From NCBI GenBank assembly GCA_026936335.1, contig JAPMXV010000017.1, positions 124,001 through 188,000 on the forward strand: a DNA stretch of 64,000 nucleotides, written 5' to 3'. Positions 23,841 through 34,850 of the stretch are shown in pieces. The translations under genes were made by a program, and so were the position numbers. Within the stretch, counting starts at the first letter, position 1; each line of letters starts with the position of its first letter. The notes below the pieces were generated by a model. It worked only from the letters and a program-made list of their open reading frames with translations. It was not told where the DNA came from and did no database searches. The stretch is from Mantamonas sphyraenae STR306 (taxonomy: Eukaryota > Protista > CRuMs).

Positions 23841-25089
23841 ATGTCGAGTACAATCAAGGAATAGTGCGTTGGTCCCCAGCCCACGAGGAAAATGCGCCTG
23901 CATTCCGTTTCCCTTTTGCAACACACGCCTTTCTGGGCCTGTGTTGTTTTGGGCCCGTGTGAAGCTGATCGCTAACACCAAAACACGTTCGGCTCTGCTT
24001 GTGCCTCCACACACGCCACAGTCGCGTTCTGATGCCCATGACCACGGAGGAGTACCACATCGGACAGCTGTACGCTGTGGCTCGCGCAAGCGCAGACGCC
24101 ACGGACGACAGCGAGGGTGTGGAGGTGCTGAAGAACGAGCCGTTCGAAGACGAGGCCCATGGAGGCAAGGGCCAGTACACCCACAAGATTTACCACCTGG
24201 GTTCCAAGATCCCGGGCTGGCTGGCCGCCCTCGCTCCGGCCGATGCTCTCAAGCTGGAAGAGGAGGCCTGGAACGCCTTCCCGTACTGCGAGACCGGTGC
24301 GTGTGCCCACACAGCGCCAAAGAGGGTCGGTGCGCAAGGACAACTCCGGACTCACTCCCGCTTCCTTTCCGTCCCACAGTCCAGCACCTTGTCTACCTTG
24401 GCGAGAAGTTTGAGGTGCGCATTGAGACCTGGCATTGCGACGACGACGGCACCCAGGAGAACGTGAGTTGCCCACCGGCACGCTGCACGGCCCCACTCAG
24501 GCCCACTTGATCCCAAATTGCTGCCACGCAAACTCCGTCGACGTCGCGCTGCCGCTCACACATGCATCCACACGTGTGCACCACACATCGTACGTGTGTG
24601 GCCATTCGCCGTGGCACACGCCGTTACACAACGCACAACCCACAGGTGCACAAGCTCGACGAGGACACGCTGAAGCAGCGCGAGGTGGTGAACATCGACA
24701 TCTCGGCAGAATACACCAACGAGTACAAGGAAGAGGAGGACCCGGCACTGTACCATTCGGAAAAGACAGGCCGTGGACCGCTGGAGGAGGGCTGGGAGAA
24801 GGAGGCCAAGCCGCTGATGTGCTGCTACAAGCTGGTGACCGCCCGCTTCCAATACTGGGGCTTCCAGACCAAGGTGGAAAACTTCATCCACGGCTTCACG
24901 CTGGACATGTTCACCAAGTTCCACCGCCAGTTGTTCTGCTGGCTGGACGAGTGGCACGGAATGACCATCGAGGACATCCGCGCCATGGAGGCCAAGGTCA
25001 AGGAAGAGCTTGCGGCCAAGCTCGGTGACAACGCCCAGGGAGAGAGCGCCATCGAGGACAAGAGCAGCAACAGCAGCAACAGCAAGTGA
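23841..25089 (+). CDS. Phosphatidylinositol transfer protein (START-like PITP)
   Basis: MSSTIKEY|RVLMPMTTEEYHIGQLY, GQYTHKIYHL, EEAWNAFPY, KTGRGPL, MCCYKLV, FHRQLFCWLDEWHGMTIEDIR; three introns. Confidence 0.95.
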
Positions 25090-25174
25090 TCAACCCATCA
25101 TCTCAAGGTGGTCCAGCAGCAAGGAGAGACACAGCACACGCAAATCAATCCCATCGCAGAGTCCGCTTCCAGCT

Positions 25175-26307
25175 TCATTCTTCCTCGTCACGGCTCACCA
25201 TCACGTTGCCCAAATCAATGAGAAACACCAACGTGCTGATCTTGTCGTGCACCGCAGTCACCATCGACGCGTCCACATGCAACGAAACCTTGTCCGGGTT
25301 GCTCTTGAGCTCGTCCAGCACCTCCTTGCTCACCAGCGCAAGCAGCTCCTCCGTCAGCTTCTCGATGCGAGCGGGCCTCTGCTCGCTGGGATTGCCCTTG
25401 AATACACTCACTTCCTCGTCGTCCAGGCCGCGCTGTTCAAACTGCAGCGCCTCCAGCGACCTTCGCACGTTTGCTTCCTCGTAGATCCCAAACATCTCGC
25501 TCACCGTCACCTCGCTGCCGTACTGAGTCAGCAGCGAGGGCAATTCCATGACCCCATCCTCGTACTCTTCGTCCGACTCGTCGTACACCACGCCGTCTCC
25601 CCCATACCCTCCCTCATTGGTCTCTACAGGAAAGTCAAACTCCTCGTCCGACTCTTCCTCCTCCTCACTCCCGCCTTCTTCCTCCTTGCCCACCTCCTCC
25701 GATCCCACTTCTTCCTCGTTTTCTTCCTCGGTGTCATTCATCCCCTGGCCCTGATCGTCCTCCTTGCCCTGTTCCGTCTCTCCAACGCCGCCAGCTGTGT
25801 CTGTGTCTTGAGCAACTCCTGCTCCAACTCTTCACATTCCTCTCCTGCACGATCCGCCTCATCCCTTTCCTGTTGCGGCCGCTCCTTTTGCGTCTCCGAG
25901 TCCTTGCGTGACTTTGACCGTGCCCTGGACCTGCGGATCTGCTTGATGTCAATCCCCGACACGCTCACCTCGCTATCCAGTGTCTTGCGCTGCTCCCGCA
26001 ACGCCTCCAGCTGTTGCGCCTGCCTACTTGCAATGTCATTTGCCTCTTTGCGTGCCAGCAGCGCCTGTCGTCGCTCCTCCCGCGATTGCCGTTGTGCCTC
26101 TCGCTCCGCTTCCAGCCTGGCTTTCTCCTCCCGCGCCTTGCGCAGCTTCTCCTGCAGCTGCTGCTCCTTCAGCTTCAGCGCTCGCTTTGGATCCCGAGGC
26201 GGTTGCTTGTGCACTTTGCGTCGCCGCATGGCTCCGGCTGACGGGCCCACGGCACGCCCTTCTTTGCTGCCGCCTCCGCCGCTGTTGCTGCTCTTCTTGC
26301 GCGGTGC

Positions 26308-26343
<36 letters not shown>

Positions 26344-27377
26344 TGCCTTTTCAGCAGAGGAGGAAGTGGACGATGACGATGACGACCCTGAGGACGACGC
26401 TGACGACGCCGACGGTTCGTTGCGCTCCAGGAATCGCTGGATGTGTTTCTTGATGAACCCCTTGGCCAGAATCGACTCGATGGACGGCCTCTGGTTGGGC
26501 GACTTGGCCAACATTGAGGCACACAGCAGACGCAGTTCCTTGGAGAAGCGTGACGGCAGCGACGGAGTCTTGCCGCTGATCACCTTTCGAGCCAGGCCGT
26601 CGATGCTCTTTGCGTTGAAGGCGTGCGAAAAGGTGCACATCTCGTACAAGATGCACCCCAAGCTCCAGATGTCGCTTGCAAACGAGTACGGCGAGTACTG
26701 CAGCACCTCGGGTGACATGTAGTACGGCGTCCCAATCATCGTCTGCGCAAGGTCTTCCTGGTTGTCCAGCAACTTGGCAATGCCAAAGTCGCCTAAGAGC
26801 AAACCGTTTCCGCAGCGACGGAATTGACTCGCGTTCGTGTCAGCGCGGTGCGCCTGCTCGTTTTGCCCATGGTCACTCCCTCCCATCCGATGTACCACTG
26901 CACATGGCCATGCCCACGTGGCAGCCTCCACTCACCTAGCTTGATGATTCGCTCTTTGTTTGTGAGAAAGATGTTCTGCGGCTTGAGATCGCGGTGCAGA
27001 ATGCAGCGTGTGTGCAGATACTTGAGAGCCAGTGCAATTTGGATAAACCAGTCCAGGACCTCGTCTTCTGTCAGTTCCTTGCCCTGGGCCTTGCGTGCCT
27101 TGAGCGACTCGTAGAGGTCGCCGCACTCGCAAAAGGCCATCACAAGGTGCAGCTGCTTGCGTTCCACAAACGACTCGCGGTACGAAACGATGTTGGGATG
27201 GTCCAAGCGAGACAGCAGCTTGATTTCCAAATCGGTGGCTTCCCTCTCCTTGGCAGGCAGATTGTGCAGGCTGATCTTCTTCACGCAGTACTGACGGTTG
27301 TCCGCAATCGAGCGCACCAGAAACACCTGGCCGTAGGAGCCCTCCCCAATCTTTTTGATGATGTTGTACGTGTCCAT
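25175..27377 (-). CDS. NIMA-related (NEK) Ser/Thr kinase with coiled coil; apparent frameshift near 25777-25782
   Basis: IGEGSYG, HPNIVSYRESF, WFIQIALALKYLH, HRDLKPQNIF, intron 26935-26793, DFGIAK, IGTPYYMSPE. The acidic tail continues in another frame. Confidence 0.9.
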
Positions 27378-27456
27378 GGCTGCGTTTGATGTCCCCCCTT
27401 CCAGTCACACACACGTGCGTTGGCGCATCCAGCGCAGAACCCACCCTCTCCTGGAC

Positions 27457-28014
27457 ATGAGCAGCACCACAAGCGGCAGCGACACAGAAGTGGTCGTCGA
27501 CGTGGAGAAACACGTGGAGGAGACAAAGGAGGACGACGACGACGACGACGAGGAAGAGGAAGAGGACGACGGGGACGACGACGACGAAGAGTTGCAGCTC
27601 GCTCTGCAGCTCAGTCTGGAAAAAGAGGTGCCCAAACTCGACAGCACATTTGTCGGTGCATGCAAGATGATCCTCGTGGCACGCAAGGATCTGAACATGG
27701 GCGCGGGAAAGCTGGCGGCGCAATGTTCGCACGCAGCCGTCGACCTGGTCGAGAAACTGCCCAATTGGGGCGCCCTTGGCAACCGTCTGAACCTGTTCTG
27801 GCGTGCCAACGGTGTGAAAAAGGTGGTCGTGCGTGTCGACTCCATGGACGAGTTTCGTGCAGTGCACAAGTCGGCCAAAGCACGCAATCTGCCCACGACG
27901 GTGATTCGCGACGCCGGCCGCACGCAAGTGGACCCCGGAACAACGACCGTGTTGGCCATCCTTGGCCCAGAGTGGATGATGGAAGATGTCACGGGACACC
28001 TGTCGCTGTATTGA
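27457..28014 (+). CDS. PTRH2: Peptidyl-tRNA hydrolase 2 with N-terminal UIM-like motif
   Basis: KMILVARKDLNMGAGKLAAQCSHA, KKVVV, IRDAGRTQV...TVLAI, VTGHLSLY. Confidence 0.9.
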   Translation: MSSTTSGSDTEVVVDVEKHVEETKEDDDDDDEEEEEDDGDDDDEELQLALQLSLEKEVPKLDSTFVGACKMILVARKDLNMGAGKLAAQCSHAAVDLVEKLPNWGALGNRLNLFWRANGVKKVVVRVDSMDEFRAVHKSAKARNLPTTVIRDAGRTQVDPGTTTVLAILGPEWMMEDVTGHLSLY

Positions 28015-28016
28015 AA

Positions 28017-29830
28017 TCATACGGTCTTGCGCACCCTCGCAAACTGGTCAAGGAGACCCTGAGTGGCCTCGTCGGACACCACCCACTTGGCCGCAGCGGC
28101 ATCGGTCTGCAGGAAGAACACGCCTGTGTCCGAGTCTGCGGTCAGATACGGGAAACGACGAGGACGCACCGAGCCGTCGATAAACTGGTGCTTCATCTTT
28201 TCGACAATGAGCTGCTTGCGGAAGAACGCGCTGTCCAGCAGCATTTTCCAGGCCACCATGTCGTTCCACGCCGGCAGAATGACAATAAACATGAGTGGCT
28301 GGTCGTTGCGCGACGCCTCTTCCAGCATGCTCTCCATGTGTTCGCAAGCACTCTGGGTCAGCTCCTCAATTGCCGGCGGATGCACCAGGCACGAGCCGCT
28401 GCTGGTGTGCCAGTCGTAGAAGGAGCCTTTGGAGCCAAAGTACACGTCGGTGTCCACAAACATGCTGCAGTAGTGTTCCAGCTGCACGTTGAACGGCGAC
28501 GCAAAGCACTCGGTGTCTGTGTCCCACGTCGCACGCAGGTATGCCATCACGTCGGGCGTGAGACACGTGTGGTAAATGTTGCCACCAAACGTGTGGTAGC
28601 GCATGGCCACACAAAACAAGCGCCTGTTGAACTCCTCCTCCGCATGGCCCTCGTTCTGGTACCGCCTCACAAGCGACGCGTGCGAATCCACACTCACCAC
28701 CACCGACGTGCCATCAAAGTCCACAGACAGTGCCGTCTCCTCCCCTTTTTCCGATTCCATCACTCGCACGGGCCGTTTGCTCCAGCAACGTCCTCCGGCG
28801 TCCTCCAGAATCGAGCAGTGCACCTCCTGCAACAGCTTCTCGCACAGCGTGCTCGCAGCCGTTTCAAACACCTCCTCCAGCTGCCGTGCAACCTCGTCCT
28901 GGTCCCTACATCGCCTTCCAATCTCCTTCTTCAGCGACACGTCGTTGTACGCCAGCTGCGGCAGGATGGGGTCTCCACCCACCTCAAAGAATTTCTGTAC
29001 AAACAGGAAGCGCTGCAGCGAGTTGCTGGGGTCCTTGGGCATGTAAAGGTCCTGACACACGCGTGTCAGCACACGCTGCAGCTGCCTCACCTGGTTTCGT
29101 CGCAGCACACCCATGTGCGGACAGTCCTCCACGTATTCGGCCGCCCCAGCAAGCTGTGCTCGCGCTTCCTCCTGCTGCAGCTGCCTCTCGCGCAGCAGGT
29201 TGACGTTTTGAAAGTACTGCAACGCCATGAGATCCCTGTCGCATGGATGCGTGACGAATGACATGGACAGGGAAACGGGGTGTGCCAGTGCCGTGCAGGG
29301 GGGGGGTGCCAGACGGTTCCGGCGTGTGTCAGCCATCCCTCTCCCACTCGCTCACGATCCAACGCGCCCCGGCGGCCCTCCAGGCCAATTGAGCGCCCCA
29401 CAACTCACTGTTTCTTGCTCAAGCCCGACGCATCAAAGGGAAGCACCGTCTTGCGCGCTGCACTGGGTCTTATCTCGATGCGTTCGTCGGAGCGAGAGGC
29501 GGCAGCAAAGGACGGGAAGGCCGCGGCCGAGACGGCGGACATGGCAGGCTGCGACGCATCGTCTGCCTCGCCGTCGTCCCGCTTGCGCTTGCGCGACGTG
29601 CCCTGTGGCGGCAGGTACTGGCTCTCACCCGTCTCTTCGTTGAAGAAGTATTGGTAGCCTGTGGAGGTGCTTTTGTGCACTGCCCACTTGGGAGGCAACA
29701 CCAGCGTCTCCACATACGGCAGCGTCTCCTCCTGTGCCTCCTGCTCCTTCTGCCCATCCGCAGCAGACCCTTCCGCCTCCATCGGTAGCTGCTCTCCGGA
29801 CGATGAGGACGACATGGCTGTCGATGACAT
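28017..29830 (-). CDS. PCIF1: PCIF1/CAPAM cap-adjacent adenosine methyltransferase homologue (WW domain + MTase fold)
   Basis: join(29830-29409, 29235-28017). WW LPPKWAVHKSTSTGYQYFFNEETGESQYLPP; ECFASPFN, YCSMFVDTDVYFGSKGSF, LMFIVILPAW, T.VFFLQ. Confidence 0.85.
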
Positions 29831-29919
29831 GACGTGGGGTGAGCTGGCGCCACTCGCGCGGCATCCTCTGCATGTGCTGTGTGTCTCAAGTTTGCACTTG
29901 CAATTCATTCATGGTTGCA

Positions 29920-32460
29920 TCACAGTTTGGCCAACAACACGCCACTGTGGTTGTGAACGCCAACGACGCGGCCGTCTCCGCGTGTGCCCGCGCCAACCTG
30001 CAGCTCGTGGTTGCACTTGCGCCGGTCCTGCTCGGCACAGCCCATCTCGCGCAGCTTGGCCACATGCTCGTCAATCTTGCGATACTGCCAGTGCATGCGA
30101 CTGTACAGGAACTGGCGCAAGTCGTACCGGTTGTCATCCGGCGAGTACGTTTCCATGTGCAGCGCTGGCGTCAACGTCGTCGTCTTGTGCCGGTTGATGG
30201 CATACATGCGGAAGAAGAACTTGACCTTGTTGGCCACCTCTTCGGCTGGCAACGATGACCAGATGGACAGCAGGCGCAGATACATCTCGTAGGGGCCACA
30301 GCGGGAAATCTTGCGCAGGCGCCCGTAGAACGACAGCTCCTCGTAGCTCATGCCCATGTCCTCCTCGTCTGTCTGTGTGTAGTTGCTGGTGATGGGCTCC
30401 AGTTCGGCGGTGGGCGGAGCGCCTGCAATTTCACTCAGTGTCGAGTAGCCCAGACGCAAACTGGCCCAGTGCAGAAAGCGTTTGAGATCCGTCTTGGAAA
30501 TCGACCCGATCGGGTTCAGATCGCCCGACGAGCAGTCATACTTGGTCATGTAGCCACGCAACGACTCGTCCACATTGGCACTGCTCAGCACCAGCAGACC
30601 TCCACGTTCGCCACGCGACCATTGCACCAGCTGGGCAAAGTAGTACGCAATCACCATCCTGCTGCGTGCTTGGATGTTCTGCAAGGCCAGGTTCTCCACC
30701 TCACTTCCCCCGTGCACCTTGAACTTGGGTTTCAGGCCAAAGTTGTCCGTAAACAGCTTCTCCAGTGCACCCGTCACCTCGTCGATGGTAACCTCCTTGT
30801 GGAAGGCGCCGATTTCCTTCGCCAGACGCTCGGCACGACCACGCGTGTCGTCGGAACTGTTGGTGGTGCCCATGTAGCATGTGACCAACACACTGTTGGC
30901 CATCTCTTCGGGTGCAGACGGCACACGGCCAACCACTCGCTCCACATCCTTGATCACCTCCTCGTTGCCGGCCTCCACCTGCTGCACCACAAGCTGACAC
31001 ATGGAGCCGACAATGGCCGCCACAGAGGCGCTGTCTGCACCGCCGCTCAGGGGCACAAAGAAGCCCGAAAGGCCCGAGCGACGCAAGTAATCCCACAGCC
31101 AGCAGGCTGGGCTGAGGGCAATCTCTTCCTCCGGGGTGTGGTAAAACACCTCGATAGGCTTGGTGGCCACCATGGTCATGGAAGAGCTCATGGGACAACA
31201 GGCACGAAAGTCCACCACCACGCTGGGGATGCGTTCGGCAATGGATGCCTGATGGGAGCGTGAAATGACGGCGGCTCGGTAGGACACAATCTCGTCCAGG
31301 TCGACCACGGCGTCAATGACCTCGACATCGCGCATGGAAAACTGTGAGGCCTGAGCAAGCAGGACGTCGTTGCTGGCAATCATGGCACAGCCGTCGTAGT
31401 AGAGACGGTCGCCGTCGCAACCCTGCTGGTTGGCGTACATGTACAAGCCGCCGCACTTGCGCACAGCACTCAGGATGAGGTTGACACGCGTGTCCAGCTT
31501 GCGCAGCTGGTGATGCGACCCACTTCCGTTGAGGATGATTTCCACGCCGTTGTTGGCCAGTTGGATGTGTGGGGAGTCGGGCGTGAACAGTTCTTCACAC
31601 AACTCTGTTCCCAGGCTCGTGTCACTCAGCTGCAGGTACGCCTCTCCAAATGGCACCGTCGACTGCCCTGTCAGTTCGGCAATCGCCTGCGGCAGCTGGT
31701 GCTGCTCCACCGTCCGCCGGTTGGGCCACGCCGTGAAATAGCGCTGCTCGCGGTAGTTGCCGTCGGACGCCAAGAAGATCTTGGGCCGGATCAACAGGAT
31801 CTTGCCATTCAGGCAAAACACACGGCAGTTGTAGCGCACCTGTGGGACACGGGCACACGCGTGGTCACAAACCACACCCATGGCAATGTACGTGTGAGCG
31901 TTACTGCGACCCGACGCCGCAAACGCGTCCTGTCGTCAAGTCTTCCTCGCTTCTTCTTGCCCGGGGACTCGGGGGGCTGTCCGCCCCTTGCCCACCACAA
32001 TGGTCACACATCACCACCCCCCACACGTCCCACTTACCGATCTGTGGATGACAGGCATGCCAATATCGCACACGATGTCGTTTGTGACGTCGCTGGCCAG
32101 CAACGTCGCAAGACTCTCCCATGAGTGCCGAACTGTGTCTCCCTCCAGAAACGCGTCCTGACACCCGTATCCACACCTGCCACGCACATGCACACACACA
32201 TCCGCCACACATCCCACAGTCACGTGCGTTGTCCATCCGCCCTCCTGTGTTAGCCCTGCCTTCCCCGCACGCACGGACCTCGTGTGCAATTCCTGGTTCC
32301 GATCACTCAACCCAACTCACAGCTCCAGTTCCGGCCCCAGACGCACGGTGCACCCACGATCCTTGGCTACCTGGATGCTTTTCATCGTCCGTTCCAGGTT
32401 GCCTTCAAAGTCCAGGCTCCACTGGTTCAGGTTGCATGTGGCAGTTTTGATCAAGCGCAT
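29920..32460 (-). CDS. NADSYN1: Glutamine-dependent NAD+ synthetase
   Basis: Exons ~32460-32321, 32176-32038, 31839-29920. [65 protein letters not shown]. Confidence 0.95.
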
Positions 32461-32472
32461 CGCTCCTTTGTA

Positions 32473-32498
32473 TTGTGGCGTTCCGCGCGCTGTGGTCA
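32473..32498 (+). repeat. Candidate left imperfect TIR
   Basis: TTGTGGCGTTCCGCGCGCTGTGGTCA after TA; partial match to the reverse complement of 41092-41117. Confidence 0.45.
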
Positions 32499-32514
32499 GC
32501 AACGCAAAACAAAA

Positions 32515-33534
32515 ATGACCGTCAAAACGAATGCAACGGGTGGGTCATACATCCACGGCAAAGCCTTTTCGGCGGACAAACGAGAATGCATTCTCTTTCA
32601 CTACCAATCCAGCTTGCGTCCTTCGTGCAGAGGCACAGCGGAGGCTCTCGGTGTGTCTCCTTCCGTCGTGTCCAAGATTGTACGTCAACACCGAGCCATG
32701 GGCCATGTACGCCCTCTTGTGGCCCAACCACCGTTCAGGCGTCTCCTGGATGCCAATGACGACCAATTCATTGCTGAACAGGTGGCCGATGATCCGCGAC
32801 TGTACCTGGACGAGTTGCAAGTAGCCGTTGCTCTTCATCGCAACAAGGTGGTATCTCTGTCCACAATTCGCCGTTCTTGTGCGCGCATGGGACTGACTCG
32901 CAAGAAGGTGAGTGCTATCGCCAAGCAACGGTTCAGGGAATCCACCGTGGCGCGCACACGCGAGTTTACTCGAGCAATGAGGATTCGCGGTGTGTTCCGA
33001 GCGCCGAACGTGGTCTTCTTGGACGAAACTGCAGTGAACAACAGAGTGTGCTACAGGAGATATGGTCGTGCGAAACGTGGGCAACCAGCGGTCGTTGTGG
33101 AGAACCATCCCAAGCAAAAGCGCATCAGCGTGCTGGCGGCCATCAGCACCGGTGGGCGCTCGCCACTGGTAGCGTACACAATGCGAGAGGGGTCATACAA
33201 CCGGCAGCTGTTTATGGAGTTCCTGGAGCAAGACCTCTTGCCCCGCATGCGAGATTGCCGCCAAACAGTTCTGGTCATGGACAACTGCTCCATCCACAAA
33301 GGCGATGCTGTACGCCAGCTGTGCACCTGGTATGGGGTGGATGTCGAGTTTCTCCCGCCTTGCACACCTACGCTCAACCCCATCGAGCTCATGTTTAGCA
33401 AGTTCAAGGCGGTCCTCCGCAGGGAATTTCATCGAGTGGACATTTGCACTTTCGCGGCGATCTGTACTGCATTGGGGCATGTTACGGCTGCTGATGTGAG
33501 GAACTGGGTCCATCACTGCGGGTACCGCATGTAG
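32515..33534 (+). CDS. IS630/Tc1-mariner transposase, DD34E, 339 aa, paired-like DNA-binding domain
   Basis: [29 protein letters not shown] (34 residues between D2 and E); [16 protein letters not shown]; LYLDELQ...VSLSTIRR...GLTRKK linker. Confidence 0.95.
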   Translation: MTVKTNATGGSYIHGKAFSADKRECILFHYQSSLRPSCRGTAEALGVSPSVVSKIVRQHRAMGHVRPLVAQPPFRRLLDANDDQFIAEQVADDPRLYLDELQVAVALHRNKVVSLSTIRRSCARMGLTRKKVSAIAKQRFRESTVARTREFTRAMRIRGVFRAPNVVFLDETAVNNRVCYRRYGRAKRGQPAVVVENHPKQKRISVLAAISTGGRSPLVAYTMREGSYNRQLFMEFLEQDLLPRMRDCRQTVLVMDNCSIHKGDAVRQLCTWYGVDVEFLPPCTPTLNPIELMFSKFKAVLRREFHRVDICTFAAICTALGHVTAADVRNWVHHCGYRM

Positions 33535-34850
33535 GATCGTGGAGCGTAGCCATTCAGGGCGCACGCTGGTGCTGAAAAACCCGTACTCCCATTGCCATCT
33601 TTGTGTCGGGGGGGCTCAAAGAGAAGCAGGGAGGGCTAAGTGGGGCACCTACAAGGCGTGGATAGTGCCCACCTCCCCTGGCAGCAGTCTCCTCAGTCAG
33701 GAGCGACCCCGTTGCAACCGGGCTTTGCGAACAGTACCATGCGCCCCGTGCATAAACAATCCATGGAACGCCTGCATACAGTCATCATGCCACATGGTCC
33801 TCTGGTTTTGGCTCCAACACCCGTGGGAGGAGCAGCATGCAGGTTGACGCCGTTGAGATGCACCCCTTGACACCCAGTACAATTATTGTGCACATGCGTC
33901 TCCCCTCAGCAGACCCATGTCCCAATATGTATCTACAAACACCATGAGACAGCGTGTGAAGCCCGATACCGTGGATTCACAACCTGATTTTCACGTAGCC
34001 TGACAAGGCGGTTCTTTGTGTCGTAGAGGACGGCCAAGGCCCCACGGCAAGGGGCGCTTCCTGCTGTAGTGTCTTGGTGTAGTCGCACAGCCTTTCCACT
34101 TGACTCTGTTTGGTTCCTGTGGACGTGTGCCACTTGCTGGTCACGCGACGGCAACGAAGCATCACTCTTTTGCCCGTGCGGTGCCCAGCGCTGCGTCTGC
34201 CGGTTTGGTGGGCAATCGGGCGTCGTACAGGGAGCATACTGAAAACGGGGACAGCACATCACACCCACATTTGCATGTAGAGGCGACGACGCAGCGCGAC
34301 GACGCGGCAACTTCTAGCCACTCATCAATTTTTCTTGGCGTTGTGGCCATGCCTCCTACCTTTCAACCCCTCCTCGGTGATCTATCTCCTGCTGGATTGA
34401 GTTTGCCAGGTACAAAACAGCCGAGACTCTATTGTGACGTGCAACGCCTGCGAAAGCAGCACCCCACCTTCCTCGCCCTCCTGGTCGTCCAGGTCCAGCT
34501 TCTGTTCCATCTGTTCCTCAACATCGTTACATGGGCCACTGTGCTCCTCAGCGACTGTGAACTGCAGGATCTCAACCCTCTGTGCCGGCAAACGGCCAAC
34601 GTGCGTTTCGATGTTCTCGTCGGCACGGCGTGCGCGGGGCCCTTCCAGAGCAGCAAGTGATGTGCGTAGGACTGTGTAGGATGGGGCTTGTGAACTGTGT
34701 GCAAGTGCTCGGGGGCGTCGGAGAGGGCAACAAGCTTTCTGCGGCATTTGACAGCGAGGCGCGAGGCTTGACGTTTGACAACTGACCTGCTCTGAAAAGC
34801 GGCGGCTGGCCCAAGTGCGCGGGTGGAGTCAATAGTTTCAAGAGTGTAGA

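Noticed and set aside
27420-29261. Long overlapping ORFs (e.g. 27420-29261, 25010-26722, 41583-43442, 57395-59293, 15606-17219)
   Set aside because: Antisense or alternate-frame shadows of real genes in GC-rich DNA, with no motifs.
32284-32514. 77-aa N-terminal extension of the transposase ORF
   Set aside because: Antisense to NADSYN1 exon 1 and crosses the element boundary; the ATG at 32515 begins the paired-like domain.
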